DNA from: a virus
Direction: 5' to 3' (one strand)
Virus genome (UHGV): UHGV-0097332
DNA length: 16,497 nucleotides
The notes under the pieces are model-generated. The model saw nothing but the letters and a program-made list of their open reading frames with translations. It searched no databases and was not told the DNA's origin. Position 1 is the first letter of the stretch. Every line of letters begins with the position of its first letter. Shown one piece after another: positions 8,278 through 15,431 of the stretch. Both the position numbers and the translations under genes were made by a program.

Positions 8278-8361
8278 TTGTTAATTTTCCAATAGTGAAT
8301 AGTTAGTTGAAAGGTATGCGTGGAAACGCATATGGCCTTAGTTGGTCAGATATCTTGGGGC

Positions 8362-8407
8362 TCGCTTTGTCAGCGACGTAGGACGAATGTCCATTGTGAA
8401 AAGAGCG
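8362..8407 (-). promoter_or_regulatory. nutR: boxA-like CGCTCTTTT and boxB hairpin (P22-type loop)
   Basis: Read on the minus strand: CGCTCTTTT (8407-8399), then the hairpin TCGCTGACAAAGCGA (8376-8362). The same GCTGACAAAGC hairpin occurs again downstream of pL. Confidence 0.65.
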
Positions 8408-8414
8408 GTGTTAC

Positions 8415-8615
8415 TTATGCAGTTGTTTTTTTGTTACTTGGGAAGGGCTTTATTTCTTCCGCATAAACGCTTCCATCAGCGTTTATAGTTAAAAAAATCT
8501 TTCGGCCTGCATGAATGGCCTTGTTAATCGCGCTTTGATATACGCCGAGATCTTTAGCCGTCTTGGTTTGCCCAAAGCGTATTGCATAATCTTTCAGGGT
8601 TATGCGTTGTTCCAT
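8415..8615 (-). CDS. cro: Cro repressor (lambda type)
   Basis: 66-aa [69 protein letters not shown], essentially the lambda Cro sequence as recalled. Confidence 0.97.
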   Translation of the reverse strand: MEQRITLKDYAIRFGQTKTAKDLGVYQSAINKAIHAGRKIFLTINADGSVYAEEIKPFPSNKKTTA

Positions 8616-8641
8616 ACAACCTCCTTAGTACATGCAACCAT

Positions 8642-8705
8642 TATCACCGCTAGAGGTAAAATAGTCAACACGCACGGTGTTAGATATTTATCCCTTGCGG
8701 TGATA
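8642..8705. promoter_or_regulatory. Right operator OR1-OR2-OR3 with divergent pR (minus) and pRM (plus)
   Basis: OR1 TATCACCGCTAGAGGTA (8642-8658), OR2 CAACACGCACGGTGTTA (8666-8682), OR3 TATCCCTTGCGGTGATA (8689-8705). pR -35 TTGACT and -10 GATAAT are readable on the minus strand. The cI ATG at 8716 sits immediately after pRM, consistent with a leaderless cI message. Confidence 0.9.
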
Positions 8706-8712
8706 GATTTAA

Positions 8713-9429
<717 letters not shown>

Positions 9430-9436
9430 CACGTAA

Positions 9437-9874
9437 ATGATTAAAGAACGTATTTCTTATATCATTCCGATTGCGATGGATGAAGGCAACCCAGTAACTC
9501 CGGTTCTTATCTATGAAATGGATAAAGACTCCCATGAAGTGGATCTATCATTTGGCGCTTTTTTTATCGGCCTTAAGGCTACAAAAAAATATTCCATAGG
9601 CATTGAGGTTTTCAATGCTCAAGAAATACCGATACCAATTGACACAAAACTGTACTCCAACCATAAGTTTTTTACGGTAGCAGAAGCCAACGATGGAGAA
9701 ACCATCGTATCAACTTCTATGAGAATTAACTTCCCAAGGGTGAAAATTATCAAGCCTGGGATATTCGAAGTTAGAGCATCACTGGTTAATCCTGATAAAG
9801 GCGAAGTAATTGATGTAAAAAGTTCGTTTTTTGACGTGAAGATAACAGGATCAGTTCGCGATGAGTTTAGATAA
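9437..9874 (+). CDS. Hypothetical 145-aa protein in the rexA position (first gene of the candidate lysogen-expressed cassette)
   Basis: ORF starts 8 nt after the cI stop and is AT-rich. No transmembrane segment or recognisable motif. It is not RexA (lambda RexA is about 279 aa and unrelated in sequence, as recalled). Confidence 0.7.
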   Translation: MIKERISYIIPIAMDEGNPVTPVLIYEMDKDSHEVDLSFGAFFIGLKATKKYSIGIEVFNAQEIPIPIDTKLYSNHKFFTVAEANDGETIVSTSMRINFPRVKIIKPGIFEVRASLVNPDKGEVIDVKSSFFDVKITGSVRDEFR

Positions 9875-10232
9875 CAAGGTTGCTCAGCTTCGTCCAAATC
9901 AAAACATATCTCGCCCAATTGGACACTATTCCACTGATGATGCATACTCACGGCATGGTGGAGGAAACGGCGGAGGTAACATGCTTGAGGCTAGAGTTGC
10001 AAAGCTAGAGTCTGATGTTGAATACATCAAGCGCGATCTCGCTGAAGTAAAGTCAGATATAAAATCTGTAGATTCTCGTCTGTCAGGTATTGAGACAAGC
10101 ATTAGCTCAGCAAAAATCACCATCAAGGCATCTGCGGTCGTTGTCAGTTTCGTGTTCGCATTTTGCGCCTACATTTTTGGAAGTTATGTTTCCAAAATCC
10201 TTGATGCCTTAAACGGACTCGTTCTTAAGTAA
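9861..10232 (+). CDS. Hypothetical small coiled-coil protein with C-terminal transmembrane helix, in the rexB position (alternative start ATG 9981 gives 83 aa)
   Basis: 123-aa ORF overlapping the upstream ORF by 14 nt. Gly-rich segment, then coiled-coil heptads (LEARVAKLESDVEYIKRDLAEVKSDIKSVDSRL), then hydrophobic helix AVVVSFVFAFCAYIFGSYV. GGAGG motifs lie just upstream of the internal ATG at 9981. Followed directly by a terminator. Confidence 0.7.
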   Translation: MSLDNKVAQLRPNQNISRPIGHYSTDDAYSRHGGGNGGGNMLEARVAKLESDVEYIKRDLAEVKSDIKSVDSRLSGIETSISSAKITIKASAVVVSFVFAFCAYIFGSYVSKILDALNGLVLK

Positions 10233-10239
10233 CACACAA

Positions 10240-10265
10240 CCCGGCCTCAGCGCCGGGTTTTCTTT
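10240..10265 (+). terminator. Intrinsic terminator ending the cI-cassette operon (timm equivalent)
   Basis: Stem CCCGGC (10240-10245) / GCCGGG (10252-10257) with loop CTCAGC, then TTTTCTTT. Matches the sequence I recall downstream of lambda rexB. Confidence 0.8.
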
Positions 10266-10422
10266 GCCTCACGATCCCCTTCACCCAATAACACATAACC
10301 AATTGTATTTATTTGAAAATTAATAGATACAACTCACTAAACATCGCAATTCAGATCTCTCGATCACCTCCCAAGCCACACACCCCTGCAAAAAAATAAA
10401 TCTATATAAAAAACATACAGAT

Positions 10423-10493
10423 AACCATATGCGGTGATAAATTATCTCTGGCGGTGTTGACATAAATACCACTGGCGGTGATACTAAACACAT
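10423..10493 (+). promoter_or_regulatory. pL promoter with OL3-OL2-OL1 operators
   Basis: OL3-like AACCATATGCGGTGATA (10423-10439), OL2 TATCTCTGGCGGTGTTG (10443-10459), OL1 TACCACTGGCGGTGATA (10467-10483). -35 TTGACA (10457-10462) and -10 GATACT (10481-10486). Confidence 0.9.
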
Positions 10494-10553
10494 CAGCAGG
10501 ACGCACTACTCACCAGGGCGGTGAATATACAACGATTCGAATATGAATCTACG

Positions 10554-10568
10554 GCGCTGACAAAGCGC
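10554..10568 (+). promoter_or_regulatory. nutL boxB hairpin (P22-type)
   Basis: GCGCTGACAAAGCGC: 5-bp stem with loop TGACA-type. Lies about 65 nt downstream of the pL start and upstream of N. No convincing boxA was found by eye. Confidence 0.65.
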
Positions 10569-10733
10569 AATAACCAAAGTGAACTTTGGGGTGTGGTGAA
10601 GGGTTCATGGACGGGAATATGTCGCACGTAAAGCGGCGAGGCCTGCGGGACTATTGCCGAATTGAAGTAGGCCGAAACAGGTCGAAATGGGTCTCCCACC
10701 TACCACACCACCAAAGTTCATCAGGAGGTCTAT

Positions 10734-11117
10734 ATGACACGCAGAACTCAGTTCAAAGGCAATTCACGTTCTCGTCGTCGTGAGCGTTTAAAGGCAAAGG
10801 CATTAGCTAACGGCGTACTGGCCCGCGAAGAAGCAATAAGTTCAGAAGTATTACACCGCCCTACTCTAAGCAGAGCGCAGATTCAGGCTAAAGGTACTCA
10901 CGAAACGCCTGATCGCATAGAAGACGCTAAGCCAATTAAGTTCATGGCACAGGACGTGATCTGGCAACAGAAAGAATACAGACGCAATCTGGAGCGAGCG
11001 GCCATTGTGTACGCGAATGAGTTTGGACATAAGCAACCAGAAACTGGTGTATGTCTTCCAAATGTAGCTCTTTACGCGGCAGGCTACCGGAAATCAAAAC
11101 AACTGACAGCGAGGTAA
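10734..11117 (+). CDS. N: N-like transcription antiterminator (arginine-rich motif; not lambda N)
   Basis: 127-aa ORF with an AGGAGG ribosome-binding site. N-terminal arginine-rich motif GNSRSRRRERLKAKA. First gene after pL/nutL. The boxB loop matches the P22 type as recalled. Confidence 0.78.
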   Translation: MTRRTQFKGNSRSRRRERLKAKALANGVLAREEAISSEVLHRPTLSRAQIQAKGTHETPDRIEDAKPIKFMAQDVIWQQKEYRRNLERAAIVYANEFGHKQPETGVCLPNVALYAAGYRKSKQLTAR

Positions 11118-11119
11118 TT

Positions 11120-11482
11120 ATGGGTCAGGAAGAAAAATATGAGCTTAAAAAGCTCATTGGAGAAGACGCCATAGAAGAAATTGCAGCATTAACAACAGCT
11201 ATAAAGAATATTAGGTATGCGCTAAATACGCTTATCTCCTCATGCGACAAAAATAGCAGGGAATTTTTGATACTTGGCGCAGCTCTAGGAATAGTTGATG
11301 CGGCAACGCTTCACCTAATTACTCATGACGATATTCTTATTGAGCCGTATGAAACATTACTGCTTGTCAGGCAAAAAATGGCTGATGCCGCAGCAAATGG
11401 AGACCTTCAACTTTACATCGACTTAAGGAAAGTATTAAGGCGAATGGTCAGAACTGAAGGAGATATCCCCCTGACAAAGTAA
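11120..11482 (+). CDS. Hypothetical early-left protein (120 aa)
   Basis: ATG 2 nt after the N stop (TAATTATGG). Acidic, helical-looking product; no family recognised. The ORF-track extension 11051-11119 overlaps N and is discounted. Confidence 0.55.
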   Translation: MGQEEKYELKKLIGEDAIEEIAALTTAIKNIRYALNTLISSCDKNSREFLILGAALGIVDAATLHLITHDDILIEPYETLLLVRQKMADAAANGDLQLYIDLRKVLRRMVRTEGDIPLTK

Positions 11483-11512
11483 GGGGGTGAAGAGGCTATT
11501 TCAGGAATAAAA

Positions 11513-12007
11513 TTAATAATTTGTCAGCGGCGGAACATATACAGGCTTAGGGGCTGGCGCTCTATACATCCGGTATTCATTCTTACAGCGAGGACATGAA
11601 TGCACAAAGAATCCATTAGATTTTATAGTAACCGTGCTTGGTTGAAGTATCGATATTTTATGTTCGCCGAAGCAATGTGCACAAAGGTTATGCTGCTGAA
11701 TAGAAGGATCGGAATGACTCTTAGGTCGATACACGACAGAACCACCTTCAGTTGTATGAAGTTCATAATTCTCAGCTTGCACAACAAACATCTTGATTTT
11801 TCTATTTTCATCTCGAAGCTTCATTGCGATCTCCTTCTCGGCCTGATAAAGGCCAGAGAGCTCCGCATTAAGCATCTGTAAGTCAGTTATTCTTTGGTGT
11901 AGATCACCAATAGCTTTAGCGATAACCGCATCGTCTCTGGTTTCTTTTATTGTCTTCAGCAGATCATAAGCCTGTTTCGCGGCAGTTATACCAGATAACA
12001 CATCCAT
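11513..12007 (-). CDS. Hypothetical coiled-coil protein with C-terminal zinc-ribbon (CxxC...CxxC), antisense to the pL operon
   Basis: 164-aa ORF on the opposite strand to all flanking early-left genes. AGAGAG ribosome-binding site upstream of the ATG. C-terminal motif CAHCFGEHK...SCPRCKNEY. AT-rich. Confidence 0.6.
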   Translation of the reverse strand: MDVLSGITAAKQAYDLLKTIKETRDDAVIAKAIGDLHQRITDLQMLNAELSGLYQAEKEIAMKLRDENRKIKMFVVQAENYELHTTEGGSVVYRPKSHSDPSIQQHNLCAHCFGEHKISILQPSTVTIKSNGFFVHSCPRCKNEYRMYRAPAPKPVYVPPLTNY

Positions 12008-12303
12008 ATAAATTACTCTCTTACTGTAGGGGTGAATAGAGTTTATCCGATTTCTCGCTGTAGGGGTACTCGAGAACCACCGAGCCTGATGTGGTTAAAA
12101 GACAGGCATACGAATAAACACTGCACTGTGTATTCATTCCAACGAGTGAATACACGGAGCAATGTCGCTCGTAACTAAACAGGAGCCGACTTGTTCTGAT
12201 TATTGGAAATCTTCTTTGCACTCCAATGTGAGGGCCTTTTTATATGCATACCAATAACGCTTCACTCGAGGCGTTTTCGTTATGTATAAATAAGGAGCAC
12301 ACC

Positions 12304-12444
12304 ATGCAATATGCCATTGCAGGGTGGCCTGTTGCTGGCTGCCCTTCCGAATCTTTACTTGAACGAATCACCCGCAAATTACGTGACGGATGGAAACGAC
12401 TCATCGACGTACTTAATCAGCCAGGAGTTCCCAAAAATGGATAA
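12304..12444 (+). CDS. cIII: CIII (FtsH/HflB inhibitor), 46 aa, ending at TAA relative to the 54-aa lambda protein
   Basis: AAGGAG ribosome-binding site 7 nt upstream. MQYAIAGWPVAGCPSESLLERITRKLRDGWKRLIDVLNQPGVPKNG matches lambda CIII residues 1-46 as recalled. The stop is TAA where lambda has a Ser codon; the out-of-frame downstream codons would still read NTYGYPD. Confidence 0.85.
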   Translation: MQYAIAGWPVAGCPSESLLERITRKLRDGWKRLIDVLNQPGVPKNG

Positions 12445-12550
12445 AACACTTATGGCTATCCAGACTAAATTCACTATCGCCACTTTTATTGGCGATGAAA
12501 AGATGTTTCGTGAAGCCGTAGAAGCCTACAGAAAATGGAGGTCAAAATGA
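12437..12550 (+). CDS. kil: Kil-like small protein (37 aa; lambda Kil is an FtsZ inhibitor)
   Basis: ATG overlaps the cIII 3' end. MDKTLMAIQTKFTIATFIGDEKMFREAVEAYRKW... resembles the N-terminus of lambda Kil as recalled; the C-terminus differs and is shorter. Confidence 0.6.
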   Translation: MDKTLMAIQTKFTIATFIGDEKMFREAVEAYRKWRSK

Positions 12551-12735
12551 TTCCGGTAGAACTGGCGAAAACCCCAGAGTTAAGTCGATTAAAAAGAGAA
12601 TATCACATTGCTGAGGCTCGTTACTGGCGTAAGGCGGGAGATAAATCAAAGAAACAACTTTGTTTATGGCAGGCACAAAGAGAGCGCATGAATGAGCGCG
12701 AGTTTCTTTCCTGCCCATCCGAATTACCATTCTGA
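12547..12735 (+). CDS. Hypothetical 62-aa protein
   Basis: ATG overlaps the kil stop (ATGA). No family recognised; basic, helical-looking. Confidence 0.4.
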   Translation: MIPVELAKTPELSRLKREYHIAEARYWRKAGDKSKKQLCLWQAQRERMNEREFLSCPSELPF

Positions 12736-12743
12736 GGCAAATT

Positions 12744-13424
12744 ATGGGAACTGCGACATTAATACTCGGTGAATCTGGCACCGGAAAGTCAACCAGCATG
12801 AGAAATATCAATCCAGAGGAAGCAATACTTATAAAACCAATAGGCAAGCCGCTACCATTTAAATCAAAAGACTGGCTTGCATGGGATGCCAGAGCAAAAA
12901 AAGGAACCGTAGTTACCACTGACAAATGGCACGTAATAGTTGCTGTAATTAAGCGTGCTCACGAATACGGAAAAAGAATCGTTATTGTTGATGACTTCCA
13001 GTATGTGATGAGCAATGAGTTTATGCGCCGCTCAGAAGAAAAATCGTTTGATAAATTTACTGAGATAGGCCGCCACGCATGGGAGGTGATTAAGGCTGCA
13101 CAGGATGCACCTGATGACCTGAGAGTCTATTTTCTTGCACATACCGAAGAAACCCCTATGGGGCGCGTGAAAATGAAAACTATCGGCAAAATGCTGGACG
13201 AGAAAATCACTGTCGAAGGCATGTTTACTATAGTTCTTCGCACTCTTACCCACGATGACCAGTTCTTTTTCACCACGAAAAACAACGGTGCAGACACTGT
13301 TAAATCCCCAATGGGAATGTTTGATTCCAATGAGATTGATAACGATCTCTCTTTCGTCGATGCCACTGTTTGTGATTACTACGGCATCAATAATGTTCAT
13401 CAAATTAAGGAAAACGCCGCATGA
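12744..13424 (+). CDS. P-loop ATPase, RecA-like core (putative Sak4/AAA_24-type recombination protein)
   Basis: 226-aa ORF. Walker A GESGTGKST at residues 9-17 and Walker B IVIVDDFQ. Size and position (where lambda has its Red genes) suggest a Sak4-like protein; the family assignment is from memory. Confidence 0.65.
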   Translation: MGTATLILGESGTGKSTSMRNINPEEAILIKPIGKPLPFKSKDWLAWDARAKKGTVVTTDKWHVIVAVIKRAHEYGKRIVIVDDFQYVMSNEFMRRSEEKSFDKFTEIGRHAWEVIKAAQDAPDDLRVYFLAHTEETPMGRVKMKTIGKMLDEKITVEGMFTIVLRTLTHDDQFFFTTKNNGADTVKSPMGMFDSNEIDNDLSFVDATVCDYYGINNVHQIKENAA

Positions 13425-14008
13425 GCAACGTGATTTTTACTTATAACGAAGAAGCAGCACTGACCGCAGGGCAAGGTGGTTTTATTAACGAAACTGGTGC
13501 TCATATCATTACCATTACTGAAGCAGAACTAAAGCAATCAGAAAAAGGAGCCAAATTTATTGAGTTTTCTGGCGAATCTGACGACGGACGTAAAATCCAA
13601 TATCTTAGCGTCTGTGTTCAGAAAAATGACGGAACGGAAAACAAATTTGGCGCAAATGTCGTTCACGCCATGATGGGGTGTGCCGGGATTGGACAATTAA
13701 CGCAGCATATGGTTTCCGCCAGTAAATTTGTTGCACCTGAATTTCATGGAAAGAAAATCGGGTTAGTGCTCCAGAAAGTATTAACCACAAACAAAAAGAC
13801 TGGCGCAGACAGCTACCAGATGGAAATACGCATCCCGTTTATTGCACAAACAGGTCAAACCCTTAAAGAAAAGGCAGAAGGCAAGCAACCAGAAACTATC
13901 GCCAACATGGTTGCCAATCTCAAAGATAAAGACAATCGCTCTAAAAACGTAAGCCAGAATCATGCAGATGATTATGGTTACAGCCAGAACGATTACCCTG
14001 CTTTCTGA
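13421..14008 (+). CDS. Hypothetical protein partnered with the ATPase (possible single-strand-DNA-binding protein, DUF669-like)
   Basis: 195-aa ORF whose start overlaps the ATPase stop. Function inferred only from the commonly seen gene pairing, not from a motif I can point to. Confidence 0.45.
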   Translation: MSNVIFTYNEEAALTAGQGGFINETGAHIITITEAELKQSEKGAKFIEFSGESDDGRKIQYLSVCVQKNDGTENKFGANVVHAMMGCAGIGQLTQHMVSASKFVAPEFHGKKIGLVLQKVLTTNKKTGADSYQMEIRIPFIAQTGQTLKEKAEGKQPETIANMVANLKDKDNRSKNVSQNHADDYGYSQNDYPAF

Positions 14009-14031
14009 TTACTGAAAATAAGGCTCCCATT

Positions 14032-14325
14032 ATGCCAGCGCCTCTGTATGGTGCGGATGACCCGCGCCGCTGTTCCGGCAATTCCGTATTGGAGGTGCTG
14101 GATAAATTCAGAAAAAACTACGACCTGATAATGTCGCTACCGCAGGAAACGAAAGAGGAAAAGGAATTTCGCCATTGTATATGGCTTGCAGAGAAAGAAG
14201 AACGCGAGCGAATTTACCAGACATCAATCCGACCATTCCGCAAAGCCACATATACCCACTTCCCTGAAATTGACCCACGCCTGCGTAATTACCGCTCACG
14301 CTATGGCGCTATCAGTAATGACTGA
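14032..14325 (+). CDS. Hypothetical 97-aa protein
   Basis: ORF with a plausible ribosome-binding site, in the same orientation as the operon; no family recognised. Confidence 0.5.
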   Translation: MPAPLYGADDPRRCSGNSVLEVLDKFRKNYDLIMSLPQETKEEKEFRHCIWLAEKEERERIYQTSIRPFRKATYTHFPEIDPRLRNYRSRYGAISND

Positions 14326-14335
14326 GGAATTTACC

Positions 14336-14503
14336 ATGAGAGGACTTGCATACAATCCCGGCATTCTTCCGGCAGAAATGATTATTCGCCAACGCGTAAA
14401 GCCAATGCCATCGAGAGAGGAATTGCTTAAGAGAAATAGTTTCGGTTCTGTTAATGACAACAAATATCTGAATGCGATGTGGCGCAAAGGAGGCAACCAG
14501 TGA
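14336..14503 (+). CDS. Hypothetical 55-aa protein
   Basis: GAGGAA ribosome-binding site 7 nt upstream of the ATG at 14336. Stop overlaps the next start. Confidence 0.4.
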   Translation: MRGLAYNPGILPAEMIIRQRVKPMPSREELLKRNSFGSVNDNKYLNAMWRKGGNQ

Positions 14504-14754
14504 GTAATTCAGCACGACTACAGCTTGGTTTTTCACCGCTATCAAAAACTATCATGCTGGCAAAAATGCGCGATGTTGAAGGTGGACGTATGCGCGTTGG
14601 CAATGATCCAGGTCGTGATGTTACCAATGAGGCTGCTCAATTGGTGTGGCAACTGGTCATGGCTGAAGGTGGTGAGATAGTGTGGGAGCTGGATGATGGT
14701 TCTCGCATGGTGTTGAAGGCAGAAAAGCAGGAGGCAACCAGTGAGCAAGATTGA
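14500..14754 (+). CDS. Hypothetical 84-aa protein (GTG start)
   Basis: GTG at 14500 is preceded by GGAGG and overlaps the upstream stop (GTGA). An ATG at 14554 is an alternative start. Confidence 0.4.
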   Translation: MSNSARLQLGFSPLSKTIMLAKMRDVEGGRMRVGNDPGRDVTNEAAQLVWQLVMAEGGEIVWELDDGSRMVLKAEKQEATSEQD

Positions 14755-15430
14755 CTATCAGGCACTGCGTGAAAAGGCAGAGAAAGCAACGTGTGGTGTG
14801 TGGTCGCTCGAATATGGAGAGGAGAGATTTGATGCTGGTGATGCGCTAATTCATCGTGAAGTTGTTGGATATCTTCCCATTTGCAGAATTGAAGGAGCGC
14901 ATCCTGAAAGCGGTTTCGATGAAGATTTCCAAATGGAACAGCAGGCCAATGCTGAATTCATCGCTGCAGCCAATCCGGCTACTGTGCTGGCACTGCTGGA
15001 TGAACGGGAAAGAAACCAGCAATACATCAAACGCCGCGACCAGGAGAACGAGGATATTGCGCTTACGGTAGGGAAGCTGCGTGTTGGGCTTGAGGCCGCA
15101 GAGAAGCGCAACGCTGAATTACAAAGCGAGAATGCATACATCCGCAACCGGTACAAAGAACTGGACCTATTAATCGGGAAAAACATTCTGGTCATGCAGG
15201 CTGCCATTATCGAATGGCAGGCAACTGGCGACGCTAAGAGCGGACTGGCATGGATTTATAACACACTGTTTGGCCCAGGCGAATTGCCGGACGAATCTGA
15301 GAAAGATGCTCAGGCCTACTTTAATCGCAAATATGCACCGATTGACGAAAAGCTTATGGCGCTTCACAAGTGGTTTTGGGAACAAAATGAAGCTGAGCGC
15401 GCCGCTGGCATTCGCATCAAAGGAGAGTGA
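14741..15430 (+). CDS. Hypothetical 229-aa coiled-coil protein (possibly Ead/Ea22-like)
   Basis: GTG start preceded by the same AGGAGGCAACCAGTGAG motif seen at 14486. Central coiled-coil region (ERNQQYIKRRDQENEDIALTVGKLRVGLEAAEKRNAELQSENAYIRNRYKEL). The Ea22-like name is a weak recollection. Confidence 0.55.
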   Translation: MSKIDYQALREKAEKATCGVWSLEYGEERFDAGDALIHREVVGYLPICRIEGAHPESGFDEDFQMEQQANAEFIAAANPATVLALLDERERNQQYIKRRDQENEDIALTVGKLRVGLEAAEKRNAELQSENAYIRNRYKELDLLIGKNILVMQAAIIEWQATGDAKSGLAWIYNTLFGPGELPDESEKDAQAYFNRKYAPIDEKLMALHKWFWEQNEAERAAGIRIKGE

Positions 15431-15431
15431 T

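Noticed and set aside
9619-10126. Two minus-strand ORFs (110 aa and 66 aa) within the rex-slot cassette
   Set aside because: They are antisense to the + strand ORFs, which are collinear with cI and end at the terminator; nothing supports them.
11051-11119. N-terminal extension of the post-N ORF
   Set aside because: Would overlap the 3' end of N in another frame; the ATG at 11120 just after the N stop is the more plausible start.
13032-13403. 123-aa minus-strand ORF
   Set aside because: Antisense within the P-loop ATPase gene, which has clear Walker motifs.
14851-15207. 118-aa minus-strand ORF
   Set aside because: Antisense within the 229-aa coiled-coil gene; Ser/Ala-rich composition typical of a reverse-frame artefact.
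15270-15431. Upstream extension of the 171-aa ORF
   Set aside because: Overlaps the preceding gene; the ATG at 15432 has a ribosome-binding site and abuts the upstream stop.
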